Assembly (NCBI GenBank): GCA_964016885.1
Contig: OZ024746.1
Coordinates: 84,134,001 to 84,198,000 of the forward strand
Length of the DNA: 64,000 nucleotides
Direction of reading: 5' to 3'
DNA from: Eledone cirrhosa
Lineage: Eukaryota
Shown: in pieces, positions 42,256 to 56,901 of the stretch
Layout: every line of letters starts with the position of its first letter
Position numbering within the stretch: position 1 is the stretch's first letter
Program-made: the position numbers and the translations under genes
The notes under the pieces: generated by a model
The model's input: the letters and a program-made list of their open reading frames with translations, nothing else
Database searches by the model: none
What the model was told of the DNA's origin: nothing

Positions 42256-42269
42256 ATACTTTGGGAGGG

Positions 42270-42849
42270 TCTTTATTTATTAAAATAACAGATTAAAGTT
42301 TAAGCAAAGAATCGCTGCTTTCACCCTTAACGGGATCTTCTGAAACTGACAAAGTCAATCTGTAAACGCAGAAGTGAATATTTCAAAAAACGTTGGAACC
42401 AGAGGAAGACAGGAAGACGATACTTTGGTTCGTGGAAACGTTCCCTGGCAAAGAACGGGAAAAAACGAATATAATACGTCATTATTTGGAGCGGTGAAAA
42501 ACAATTACACGTTTTATGGTATAAAAGAAGTCGTAGACTAATATTCTCTTAGGTGGTTCATAGAGACGTTCTCTGGCAATGAACGGAAAAAACGAAGATA
42601 ATACGTCAAATGTGGAGCGTGGAGAACAATTGTACGCAAAGACAAAACCACGTAAATGGAATAACTGAAGTCGTAGACTAAAATTCTAACTAGGAAACCG
42701 AATGATTCTCCGCTTCAGAGTTAAGAATAAAGTAAATAAAATACAGAGGTAATTGAAATTGAATAAATACATACACGCATCCAAATACGTACATACACAA
42801 GCATACGCGAAAACACTCGCCATAGGTATACAAATACACGCACATATAA

Positions 42850-42887
<38 letters not shown>

Positions 42888-43540
42888 ATACAAATAATTA
42901 AATAAACGTATATAAATAAATAAATACGTATATAACAAGCGCACACACATACCTACATGTAAATACACAAATGTTAGGAGACGTACGTCAACCAAAACAC
43001 GAAGTACACATATACACACACCCTACATACGTACGAACCCGCATACTCGCACAGACGCAAAATTCACGTATACACATAACCAAAAGCATATGTACCAGAA
43101 TATATAAAATATACGGCATAACATATACAATCAAATATACGTACGAGAAAGTATACGTACCTTCACAAAACATACAGGTAATATATACTTACCTATGCAA
43201 ATAAGTAATGGTATAAACATAACATATACTTAGCTACCACATCAAGATGTAAAATATCCGCATATAGATCGTACTATCCGTTAGGGTATAATGTGGGGCT
43301 GTAATACAGGAAAGTTTTGTGCAATTTATGTTTACAAGCCGAAATTTCCTCAGATTTTTTGTTTAAGATGTGGTCTGTGGCGTAGAGTATTTTCAGGGCC
43401 TCAGCGGCGCAGAGGTCACATGGTCTTTTATTTCCGTTATACGATCTAGCCCTAACTAGGATCTCCCAGTGTAACTTATATTGGATGTGGTTGTCTTTTA
43501 GACTCCAGATATAAGCTGAAGATACATTGTAGGTAGCTTT
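42270..43540 (-). mobile_element. 3' part of a second Penelope-like element (Hydra/Neptune-like endonuclease C-terminus; clade uncertain)
   Basis: 43274-43530 (-) encodes YIWSLK...WEIL....Y....CDLC..E..I....LNKKSE....CKH. Its 3' terminus TCTTTGCTTAAACTTTAATCTGTTATTTTAATA also occurs at about 10348, 33458 and 40342. Confidence 0.75.
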
Positions 43541-44203
43541 AACCCATCTTTTATTATTCAAAAAACTTCTTGCCAATAAACATTAACCCTTTGTGCGCCA
43601 TTCATCTAACTGTAGACCAACAAATACCAACTAAACGGAGCGTTGACAAGAACGATGGCGAATGAATCTTCGAGGTAAGCAATTTCCTCCCGAGCTGTTA
43701 GTTCACGCGGGATTCTCTGCTACACCTTTTCGTAATAATACCGGAGAACGTACTGCTTCCTCCAAAAGCCGTACAGAGCGGACATGTGCATCGGGTAGAT
43801 GGATCGGGTGCAAATCTACACCAGGCCTACGCGAGACTGCACCGAGAGGGATAGAGAGAAAGAGTAACTTAGTGGAAGGAGTGCGAATGAACTTCTGAGG
43901 TAAGTAGCCTACGCTTTACTGCTATGGCACTGGAACCTTCTGCCAACTTAACCTGTGACTTTCTCTTTCACATTTACTCCAAAAGTCCCAAACAGAGGAG
44001 TATGAAAAGAAGGGGCTGAACAATGCACGTAGACAGCTAAACTGTACTTTTAACTTCTTATTTTCTCCAAATAAAACAAGTTTCCTGTCGGTATATTTTC
44101 GTGAGTTTTTAACAAATAAACGTTTCTCATTGGAGGTGCTATTACAAATTTTCTTACCCGGATATACCCGGATATACCCGGATATACCCGGATATAATGC
44201 TAG

Positions 44204-44330
44204 TTATAAATACAAGGAGTTGGGGTATTCAGTAGACATAGTGAGAACACAGGCGAGAGAAGAAGGTTCTACTAACGCTGTGAAATTTCTCTTCACAAAA
44301 AACCATTCATACCAGCCTGACAAATCGACA
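44204..44330 (+). promoter_or_regulatory. LTR-like fragment with a TATA box about 335 bp upstream of the IL17R-like ATG
   Basis: TTATAAATACAAGGAGTT is identical to 4123-4140 (reverse complement) within the solo LTR. Downstream CCAGCCTGACA resembles that LTR's CCAGCCAGACA. Confidence 0.4.
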
Positions 44331-44403
<73 letters not shown>

Positions 44404-44407
44404 TTAT

Positions 44408-44458
<51 letters not shown>

Positions 44459-44541
44459 GGAAATAACGGATATTAAGAATACACACACACTCAGATAGTA
44501 TCAAGGCCGCAATCTCGACCAAACGTGTCTTAGACGTCAAC

Positions 44542-45717
44542 ATGGAAAGTAGTTTTATAACAACACTCATTTTCACTGGTCTGCTTTCTTCGAGCTTCCT
44601 CGAGATGCTAGCCTCACCCACTTGTAGGATCGCTACATATATTGAACCTTACTATTTATATAATACACCATGTTGCAACGCTGATTTGGAGGTCTTCAAA
44701 CCTTTTTCTCATGGGAAGTTCCCAGCAAAACCAAACACTTTTAATGTAACAAATTTCCTGCACAACCATTTAAAGGGGTTAAAAGTTTCATGGAATGCAG
44801 ATGTAACCCATTTAAAAGGATTCAAAATAGTTTTTGAGTATATTAATAACTATTATCCGAACATATGTAGAGTTTTGGACTATTCTAAATTTCTGATGCA
44901 AAACAGATCCATTAGTAATCTTGAATTCCAGTTTGAATTATATCCACTAAGAAAACATTACAAATATTTAGTTCATCTCTATCCATTGCCTGAATCTAAT
45001 AACAATTATGTCTCTGTTGAGCCAGTTGATACAATCTTATGCCGTAAATGGACAACTAGGATATACCATAGAATGGAAGTGGATCAATTACATGTAGAAT
45101 TTCTACAAGGGCCTGCAAAATGTAATATACCAAGTTATACTTTAGTACTATATGATGGAAATTCCAAATTTGTAAAGGAAGTATCTCTAAATTCTTCACA
45201 CACAACCCCAAGATTAACCTATATATTTCATGGTATATGCCCTGGAATATATGCATTAACTGTTGAAATATTTGAGAAAACTCCCTTTAGTAATTGTATA
45301 TGTGTGGACGAGCAAAACAACTGTGGCCGTCAGTGTTTTCGATCCCTAACTGAAAAATTTACAATCACGGGTCCACCCTGTACAACTTATCCACTACAAA
45401 TGGTGACCCCCCACATAATGGTGAACAGGACGCTTGCAAATCCTATTCTTCATAGCATTAGAAAACTTCACGACTCATCGATGTCTCTAACGTCCGACGT
45501 GACCGACACAAGCAAAACAAAACATATACCAAACTTCGATTCTACAAAAGATTTACTGCGACTTCGCTTCGATGTTCTTCAATTCAGTTCCAAACACTTC
45601 ACTGCGAAAATGCTACACACCCGAGAAATCACTTCGTCAACGTCTTCGACAGCAGCAGCAACAACAACGACAACAGACAACTCTACTAGTTTCCTAGCAA
45701 GAAACGATAACATTTAA
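44542..45717 (+). CDS. IL-17 receptor-like (IL17RD/ILCR-1 type) ectodomain protein, single exon, signal peptide, no TM or SEFIR domain
   Basis: 391 aa from ATG to TAA. Hydrophobic N-terminus (MESSFITTLIFTGLLSSSFLEMLAS). FnIII/Ig-like motifs recalled from invertebrate IL17Rs: LKVSW...LKGF...CRVLD...Y.V...PLP; C..W...VEF...P..C....Y.L.L; F....PG.Y...V; C.C......C...C....T..F. S/T-rich tail, several N-x-S/T sites, AATAAA near 45752. Family call is by motif recognition only. Confidence 0.7.
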   Translation: MESSFITTLIFTGLLSSSFLEMLASPTCRIATYIEPYYLYNTPCCNADLEVFKPFSHGKFPAKPNTFNVTNFLHNHLKGLKVSWNADVTHLKGFKIVFEYINNYYPNICRVLDYSKFLMQNRSISNLEFQFELYPLRKHYKYLVHLYPLPESNNNYVSVEPVDTILCRKWTTRIYHRMEVDQLHVEFLQGPAKCNIPSYTLVLYDGNSKFVKEVSLNSSHTTPRLTYIFHGICPGIYALTVEIFEKTPFSNCICVDEQNNCGRQCFRSLTEKFTITGPPCTTYPLQMVTPHIMVNRTLANPILHSIRKLHDSSMSLTSDVTDTSKTKHIPNFDSTKDLLRLRFDVLQFSSKHFTAKMLHTREITSSTSSTAAATTTTTDNSTSFLARNDNI

Positions 45718-46658
45718 AAGAAATTTAAAAGAAAAAGGAACGCAGACACTCAATAAAAAGAAAAACTGAACTTTTTGTTAAAAACAATTATTTCTTTCAT
45801 TTTACAGGTTATATTTGAACGTTCATTTTTTTTTTACTGTATTATATGCCTGCATGCACACATTTTAAAAAACTGTATTATATGCCTGCATGCACACACA
45901 CATTTCTTTGTTACCCACCAACATGTTGTTATCTATAGTGTATGTTCTTGATTCGTGTAGGGATTCTGCGAAATCACTTTTCACATGTTTTTGATTCGTG
46001 TGAGGATACTGCAAGATCACTTTTCACCTGGTTGAGGTACGGAAACATGCTATCGATATATGAAGCTCGACTCGCCTGGACTCACTGAGGACGCAACGCG
46101 AGATTGCTCAACTCACCTGGATTCACACAGGCTCGCATCTCATTGTACACACTCATCTTCATATAGCATAAACCTCAATCCAGCCACGGCTTCCTCGACT
46201 CACTGGGAAAGCATTCATTTGACAGGCTCTGCCAACAGTTCCCACCGTTTCTCCAACGGTCTCGCCAACAACTTCCCCGACTCACTGCGAAATATCATAC
46301 GAATTACACATCGAGAGCGACCCCGCACGTCAAGCCATACCTATTTTAACTTCACGCAGTAGGTTTACTTATATTTTCACTAATCTTTCGTCTTCCTGTT
46401 ATTTCACGTCTATTATATAGTTGTATTGATACAAACATACACGCTAGCTCGAAGTAGCTAGCCAGAAAATAATGTAGTGATAACTGCTGCCAAAAGTTTA
46501 TTACTTGATGTTCAACGTACCAACAAGCGAATATTGTTATTGTAAAATAAACATTGTCAACATCACATTTCTGGCATTATTCTTTTTTATCATTCATCCC
46601 GAAAAGGAATACATTTATTCACTACATATATATACCTTTATGTATCTGTTCACCGATA

Positions 46659-46721
<63 letters not shown>

Positions 46722-47070
46722 CACTCTATCTATCTGGTGTTTATCTGTTTACTTTTATCCTCTTGTTTGTCTATCTATCTGCGTTGGTGTTATTTTAGAG
46801 AAGATTAATGAGAATTAAGGTGTATAAATGTCAATATATCTACGCATGCATGCATAAACACACACACATACATACACATTTATACATACACACACGTACA
46901 AATATGCTTATAAAGTACGTGATATAATTACACAAATATTGTCATACACATTTTACATGTATGCTCACACATACACACATACATACGTACGTACGTACGT
47001 ACATACATACATACATACATACATACATACATACATACATACATACATACATACATACATACATACATAC

Positions 47071-47449
47071 ATGATGGTTGCCCCCTCGTTATCGAGTATG
47101 GCCATTGCACGATATACCATTATTAAAAGATATTAGTTAATTCTATCGTGCAATGCCTGTGCATGAAGATATTTTTTAAAGTGAAGAAAGACTGTGCACT
47201 GAGCCAATCCCACCCTCTGAGCGACAGTAGCTATAACCTGAAAAGAAGAAAAGATCAACATCATCGGTAACTACTGAGCCGCAGGTTTTATATGGGAGTT
47301 ATCCCAGTTTCCTGAGTTACCTTCTCCTAGACGAATGCCCTGACAAAGGCTAGGGGTCCTTCACTCCCAGTGGATTAACCGCGCGGTACATGTGTATATA
47401 CATATTTACACACTTTGGGATGACCGTTGACTCTTATGAGTTCTTCCGC
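47071..47449 (-). mobile_element. Related RTE-like non-autonomous element (another copy at 201-425, +)
   Basis: 47080-47300 matches the reverse complement of 201-425. Shares motifs with the 21364 family. (TATG)n tail. Confidence 0.55.
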
Positions 47450-47466
47450 CTACATACATACATACA

Positions 47467-47720
47467 TGTAAAACATTCCAAAAATGTTGCATCTAATAAC
47501 TGCATATAGACATGTACAGATACAAAACATATACACATGCACACATACAACTCAAAACATCCACATCCATACATACAATAACATCCATTTATACACATGC
47601 ATGCATACATATCTACCTAGTTGATGTTGTATAAATTCCAATGAGAGAGTCTTGTGTCTATGTTAGAAACCGACTCTCTCTCTATTGGCAAACATTTGTG
47701 AAATTATAAAACCAGAAGAA
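47467..47720 (+). mobile_element. R4/Dong 3' fragment in (TACA)n
   Basis: Same 3' UTR ending TATAAAACCAGAAGAA-CATACATA. Confidence 0.8.
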
Positions 47721-47764
47721 CATACATATGTAGATACATATAAACATATATATATACATACATA

Positions 47765-49632
<1,868 letters not shown>

Positions 49633-49802
49633 TGAAATAATTCTTTCTTTATTGGCCACAAGGTCATACATAGAGGGGACAACACAAAAAGACAGGGACA
49701 TGGGGGTTTACAAAAAAAAAAAAAAAATAACGAGTAAAATGTTAAATACAACACTAACAATAAACAATAATTTTCTAAGACTAAAATAATGGTTTCTGAA
49801 AT

Positions 49803-49986
49803 AATTGTTTCTACTTTTGGCACAAGGCCAGTAATTACCCCAGTACATTACTGGTACTTTATTTTATCGACCCCGTAAGGATGAAAGGCAAAGTGAACCT
49901 CGGCGGGATTTGAACTCAGACGGCAAAGGGACGTAACTATGCTGGAAAGCATGGCATCCGACTCTCTACCGATACTGCCAATCCGT
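49803..49986 (-). mobile_element. tRNA-derived SINE (dominant family)
   Basis: Reverse-complement match to the 3598 copy. Confidence 0.9.
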
Positions 49987-50068
49987 TTCTGAAATAATAA
50001 AACCAGAACATACATACATACATACATACATACATACATACATACATACATACATACATACATACATA

Positions 50069-50451
50069 CCTTCAGATTTATGCCTGTGATTATTGGGGCA
50101 CTGGGATATGTTAGAAACTGCCTCAATACAAATCTTGAGAAGCTGGGCTTCACAAAAAACAGAAAGAACACAACTAGTTAGGAAATTACAAGTACAATCC
50201 ATTAATGGAGCAGTAAAAATATGTAAAACATTCCAAAAATTCTGCATCTAATAACTACATATACAGATACAAAGCATATGTACATGCACACATACAATAA
50301 CATCCATACCTGCACACACATGCATGCAGAGATGCATACATATCTACCTAGTTGATGTTGTGTAAATGCCAATGAGAGAGTCTTGTATCTATGTTAGAGA
50401 CCGATTCTCTCTCTATTGGCAATAATTTGTGAAATTATAAAACCAGAAGAA
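50069..50451 (+). mobile_element. R4/Dong 3' fragment in (TACA)n
   Basis: PVIIGALGYV...KLQVQSINGAVKICKTF plus a 3' UTR ending TATAAAACCAGAAGAA. (CATA)n on both sides. Confidence 0.85.
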
Positions 50452-51020
50452 CATACATACATACATACATACGTACGTACATACATACGTACGTACATAC
50501 ATACGTACACACATACATACATACATACATACATACATACATACATACATACATACATACATACATACATACATACATACATACATACATACATACATAC
50601 ATAATATCTATGTATACGTGCTATTACGCTGTATGTTAAAGGCGGCAATTTGACAGAGTCGTTACGACAGCAGACGATGTTCGTCCAACTTTTCTTTTCA
50701 TTATTTCAAGATCGATAAATAAACTACCATTTCAGTGCATTGGTCGATAATTCCTGTATTTCTCTTCCTCGTTGTCTTTTTCGCTCTATTTCCCCCGCCC
50801 AATCTCTCTCTTTCGATTTTTCTTTCTATCTCTCACACACTCTTTCTCTATCCCTCTCACTCCCTAAAAGAAATAGGTTGTGGGCCTCCGAGGTTTTGCT
50901 CAAGCTATAGGCTCTCCAAGGTTTTGCTCAATATGTTACGACGGCACCCTTACGATTACATGCTGGTTGGGGGAATTCATCGCGAATGGATGTATATTAT
51001 CAAAGAGTTAAATAAAAGTT

Positions 51021-51061
<41 letters not shown>

Positions 51062-52984
51062 AGTGGCGTATATTCAGAGTGAGCTGTAAATAGACATTCA
51101 TGCTATTTCTAGCCACCTCACATCATTTTCTACTCTCTATATAAACATTGAATAAATCATTCATTTATGTTCATACACGGAACAAAAGGGCTACTCAGGG
51201 TTTCAAGGCCCAATATTGACCAAAATCCAGAATACAAGAGGAATCAAAATTGTGACATATCTTCAGGCCCTTATATGATATATATAGTCACATATCTGTA
51301 CAGGAACAGTAGATGATTTAAGTGAAGCTGCAAGAATGTGTCTGTAAACATAAATATTCATATATGTAAACATATAGATTACCCTTATTTACGTATTATT
51401 ACTCCATAGAATGAAAAAGATGAACAGCTTGGCCTGAGTTTCAGTTCTTGCTGGAGCAACATTCAGAATATATACGAATCTCTCACAACCCACAGAGAAA
51501 CACGCAACTAATGATTTCATAAACTCACCAAATATAGCAGTAACAGCGAACTGGAACTACAAATTTGCATATTATTTGTAACGGATTTAATTATATATTA
51601 AATTTTGTATTCTTCCTGCATGCCCTAAAAAAATGTATACACACTTCAACATCATTCTAATAAAAGTGTTTATACAATTTTAGGGGGACAGCCTGTATAT
51701 GTATTTATAGTATACCTCAGCTCTTAAGCGCACAATTTAAGGTAAAATTGGATTAGCTACCAGACTGAACACTTATAAAATGAACATTTGTAATTCCAGA
51801 CAAGGACGTGATATGGGATTTTGGAGATGTTCCTGTGGCCTCGAAGCGTCCAGATGAAACGGAATCGGGAAGTGTAATTTCCCCTGTTCCTGCATCTGAA
51901 GAAGCTCATACGCTGAATAAATGAGTCTTTAAAATATTAAGCCTATGTAGTTCTTCAGGATATCATTTGGTGAAGTATGGCAAGCTGTGCAGATCACAGC
52001 CTTTAAAGGGCAAGTTTCCCACGACCAGGGAGCAAATAGTAAGGTTTGAGCATTTGCAAGCTGGTGCATGTAATGGGGCCTGTGTAGATACATTTTCGTT
52101 TGTTGTAGTATGTGATGCTGGAAGCTATACAATCTAGGCACGAATACCTAGTCTTAACGTTATGAGAGTTGAAAAGTTGACTGTACAGAAAGCATCAGAA
52201 GGATTTGACGTGTGTAGGTCTAACGAAAGTACTGGTAATGCAGAAATAAAACAAAAACAAAAAAAAAACGGTGTCCAAAGAATAAGCAGTTTTAGAAGTC
52301 ACCGTCAGGTTTTATGAAGGAGACCCAATACTTTGCGCTGATGATTTGCGCAGACTTAAATAAACAGGGATTTAAAAGTATACAAACAATATACATAAGG
52401 TATGAAATAAGATGGCCCAATAGAAATACAGCCTTCTTGACAGGGCCAGCGCCTGGGTATTTAGAGCCCTAGCTTAGTCACATATTATGCGCCCCATTCT
52501 CTCAAATGAAATAATTTAAACTGCATGGCAAACTGACACATCTGGGGTTTTTTTTTACTCTTCTTGCTTTGATCGTACTAAGAAAATTATTAAGATTGCA
52601 TTTTATATTACACAGTTCACACTCATTCACGCAAAATCATGTTACTAATCATAACATCATATACTCCTCTTCATTTTAGATATTTCCACAATGCTACTCC
52701 ACGGTAAAGATATTTAACTAGTTATTTATTGATCGCAGGAAATTATCATATATCTATTTTAATTATACAAATCTTTATAAAACTTTCATTCTCTAAGCTT
52801 CAGCAATGCGCATCTCTGACGTCTGCGCTCTAAATGAATGAAATAATAGAAACACGAACCCTCCTCCTAAGTCCAATCAAAGAACCTAAAAGACCTTGAA
52901 TAAATCTTACTACTAAGGCCGTGTGCATTCTCCGCGATCTCTTCTGTGGACACTGCAGTGAAGTGCCTCATTCTCTATACTTAC

Positions 52985-53170
52985 CTTTCTCTTGGAAACC
53001 TTGCTGAATGCTTGACTGAAGCGAGAAAGATATCTGTCTCCAGTCCTTTTAATTTTGTCCTCTGCACAATCTCTTTACCTATAGCCATCAGAGAGGAAAA
53101 CTGTCCTTTCCGACCAAAGGAATGGGACAGATGATCTACATGATAGACTTGTCTGATACCTCGAACTGTT
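52985..53170 (-). CDS. Candidate internal coding exon, unknown protein
   Basis: AG acceptor, strong AAG|GTAAGT donor, 186 nt open (TVRGIRQVYHVDHLSHSFGRKGQF...RFPRE). No family recognised. Confidence 0.25.
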
Positions 53171-53350
53171 CTACACGATACAACAGCTGTAATTACGCGT
53201 GTAATTACACTCAGTGTTTCTCTATTGTTTATCTGAATATTGATTTTTATTCTTATTGTCCCGTTTAATTTCATTCCTTAAATCTCCTACACCATCTGTT
53301 GTGTTTGTTTTACTGCATGAATAGTAAACACACACATTCGTCCACAGATA

Positions 53351-53486
<136 letters not shown>

Positions 53487-53570
53487 TATATATATATATA
53501 TACATATGTCCCAAGACTCTTATACCATCAACACCATAAACACAGAGCTGGCATATCTAAGAACTGGCTA

Positions 53571-53626
53571 ACTGCCTGATGAGGTCATAGCCACTCAATG
53601 GCTATCATCGAAATATATATAGCAGT
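53571..53626 (+). ncRNA. Minimal type-I hammerhead ribozyme (same family as 20863)
   Basis: ACTGC-CTGATGA-GGTCATAGCCA(ctcaa)TGGCTATCATC-GAAA-TATATA-TA-GCAGT, followed by AATAAA. Confidence 0.85.
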
Positions 53627-53690
53627 AAATAAAGGATTATGAGTTCATGCAATTGACTTATGTTTCGTCACTATATATATATATAATTAC

Positions 53691-53897
53691 AACAAAGGAA
53701 TTGTAGTAAGGAACCAGATGGACCATAACGCACCAGAGTACTCAATACTTAGGGTAGTAGAGTGGGTAATAGGAAAAGGTATGACCCCGACGGCAGAGCT
53801 CAAGCCGTTTCGACGGCTATTTCTGGACTCAGAAATAGCCGTCGAAATAGCCGTCGAAACGACTTGAGCTCTGCCGTCGGGGTCATACTTTTTCCTA
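53691..53897. mobile_element. Fold-back element, same family as 14289
   Basis: Same tail and hairpin architecture, with a 12-bp internal duplication GAAATAGCCGTC. Confidence 0.7.
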
Positions 53898-53989
53898 TAT
53901 AATTATATATATATATACAGTATATATATATATGGTTTGTGTGTGGGAGTGTATGTGTGATTGTGTGTATGCATATATATCCATGCATA

Positions 53990-54020
<31 letters not shown>

Positions 54021-54067
54021 CATACATACATACATACATACATACATACATACATACATACATACAT

Positions 54068-54561
54068 GGTGGCTGCCAACTCGTTTTCGAGTACGGCCAC
54101 TACTTTATATCCATGTAGGAGAACCCCTACCGATGCGCTGAACGAGTGTGACTTTTTAGTCCAGCCAGCTACTTGAAAACTCTGGTACAAACACTACACT
54201 TGTGACAATTATTGACACATAGTGCTGGGCCCATGGTACCATGTGACGACAAGTGCAGAGAGATCTCCAGATATAAAGCAATGCCTGTGCCGTGAAGCTT
54301 TTATAGTGAGCAAAGGCACTGCACAAAGCCAGTCCCACTCTCTTAACCAAGATGATATTTACCAAAAAGAAGAACATCTCAACATCATTGGATACCATCA
54401 GAGTTGCAGGTGTTATATCAGAGTTTTCCTTCTCCTAGAATTCTGCCTTGACAAAGGCTAAGGGGTCATCTCTCCCATAGAATTCTGCCTTGACAAAGGC
54501 TAAGGGGTCATCTCTCCCATAGAATTCTGCCTTGACAAAGGCTAAGGGGTCATCTCTCCCA
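54068..54561 (-). mobile_element. Second copy of the 21364 family, with a 42-bp triplication at its truncation point
   Basis: High identity to 21364-21760. Tandem units start at 54436, 54478 and 54520. Confidence 0.6.
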
Positions 54562-54579
54562 TTATATACATACACATTG

Positions 54580-54765
54580 TGCTGTGGATTGGCAGTATCG
54601 GTAGAGGGTCGGACGCCACGCTTTCCAGCATAGTTACGTCCCTTTACGATCTGAGTTCAAATCCCGCCGAGGTTGACTTTGCCTTTCATCCTTACGGGGT
54701 CGATAAAATAAAGTACCAGTAATGCACTGGATAATTGCTGGCCTTGTGCCTAAAGTAGAAACAAT
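54580..54765 (+). mobile_element. tRNA-derived SINE (dominant family)
   Basis: Full-length match to the 3598 copy. Confidence 0.9.
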
Positions 54766-54805
54766 TATATACATACATACATACATACATACATACATAC
54801 ATACA

Positions 54806-54836
<31 letters not shown>

Positions 54837-55143
54837 GGTAAACGCAGAAAAGTTCACAGAAAAATAAGTCACAATGCTGGGTATTAAACATAGACACTTT
54901 AGTGTCATGGATATTTATAGATATCACAAATAATAGTCAAAGCAATTAAAGAAGTAATATTTTAAGATCCTGTTAACTGACAATACATGACTTGAACATA
55001 TTTACAACAGCTTATATTACACGTATGTGAAAAAAACTATCACGTTTAATTTGGAATCTTAAACTATATAATGAAACAATCAAAAGAAAATGTCATTTAT
55101 GGAAGATTGTATGTCATTATTTCACCGAATTCACACACACGTG

Positions 55144-55219
<76 letters not shown>

Positions 55220-55745
55220 TATTTATGTATGTCTGTATGTGTATGTATGTACATGACAGGTTACACATGAAAGAAATGAGCAATTATACACAATGTAGAA
55301 GTTGAGAATATTTATGTTGACTGTTTGAATTATTTGTGTATTACCGGCAGTTTCATAGACATAAGCTCGTGTAATTCCTTCATATACGTGTATTGCAAAT
55401 TGGCGGTGTCGTTAGAACGTCGGTTTAAATATCTTGGTATTTTTCCGGCGCTATGAGTTCAAATCCCACTTCGAGGCGGATAAATAAAGTATCAGTCCAG
55501 GGACAATGTATTGGAAGAGTTGTTAAAGAGTTGGATAAGATGCTTTGCAATAAATGATTTGACACTATGCGTTCTGAGTTCAAATCCCACCTTTTTCTCC
55601 TGGGAGTTGCGCCAGGTAGATAATTTCAGCGGTGGAAACAGTTTTATTGGTCTGATCAGCTTCTTCCCTTTGTCTGTTTTTACACATTATTGTCGTCCTT
55701 TCGTCAATCGCAAATATTTGCTAGGCGGTCTTGGATTGTATAGGA

Positions 55746-56003
55746 CAGGCATGTCAAACATGCGGCCCGCTGGCTGCATGAAGTCTTTACAAGCACACCT
55801 GCGGCCCGCGGGCTGCATGAAGTCTTTACAAGCACACCTGCGGCCCGGACAAAGGTTTTTACAGCGTGAGCATGTTTTATCTTCGTGATACAAAATTTTT
55901 TTAAATGTGTTATAATGTGCGCAATTAGTTGTCGTATGGGGCCCTCAGACAACACATATGCGACCCATGTTCCCCTCGGGCGACCCTCAGTTTGACATGC
56001 CTG
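55746..56003. mobile_element. hAT (Charlie-like) MITE
   Basis: TIRs CAGGCATGTCAAAC / GTTTGACATGCCTG. Imperfect 8-bp TSD GTATAGGA/ATATAGGG. Repeated GCGGCCCG subterminal motifs. Confidence 0.8.
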
Positions 56004-56194
56004 ATATAGGGGTATGTTGTCCACGCCTCTCCCGACTACTCTTCACAGAATATCTTTTAAAATCCTTTCAAAATATTGAAAGTATCGTAATCTCTTTAAC
56101 CATTTTAATCGTCTCTTTGGTGATTGTAAATCGTGTGTATGGGTGGGAGGGTGCATAGTGCCAGCTACGACTGAACCGATTGACAGTATGAGCG

Positions 56195-56607
56195 TCGCGA
56201 ATTGGCAGTATCGGTAGAGGGTCGGACGTCATGCTTTGCAGCATAGAGTTACGGCCCTTTATGATCTGAGTTCAAATCCCGCCGAGATTAACTTTGCCTT
56301 TCATCTTTACGGGGTCGATAAAATAAAGCACCAGTAATGCACTGGGGTAATTGCTGGCCTTGTGCCGAAAGTAGAAACAATTAATTATTGTGTAGCGCTT
56401 TGGCAGAATCGGTAGAGTGTCGGACACCATGCTTCGTCGCATAGAGTTACGGCCCTTTACATTCTGAGTTAAAATCCCGCCGAGGTTAGCTTTGCCTTTT
56501 CTCCTTGCGGGGTCAATAAAATAAAGCACCAGTAACGTACTGGAGTCGATTTAATCGACTTTCCCCTCCCCACAAAATTGTTGGCCTTGTGCCTAAAATC
56601 AGAAACC
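56195..56607 (+). mobile_element. Two tandem SINE copies (short-tail and long-tail variants)
   Basis: Copies at 56195-56383 and 56395-56607. The second carries the extra GTCGATTTAATCGAC hairpin segment also seen at about 58088. Confidence 0.85.
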
Positions 56608-56831
56608 CTTAATTATTGTAGTTATGGTGCTGGTTGTACATTGTCAATTACGACTGAAACCCTGATTCTTCTGGGATCCAGATGTCATTGGTTACGCTGG
56701 TTTGTATCAAGAAACCCAGAAAATGATGCAAACCATTGATACGTACTAAACATTTATGTATTCAATTCTATTTAATATATTTATTTTATAGGTGTTTATA
56801 ATCTTGAATCTAATTTTGCCTCTTATTGTAA

Positions 56832-56901
<70 letters not shown>

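Noticed and set aside
43585-44020. piggyBac-like TTAACCCTTTG end
   Set aside because: No matching AAAGGGTTAA right end found.
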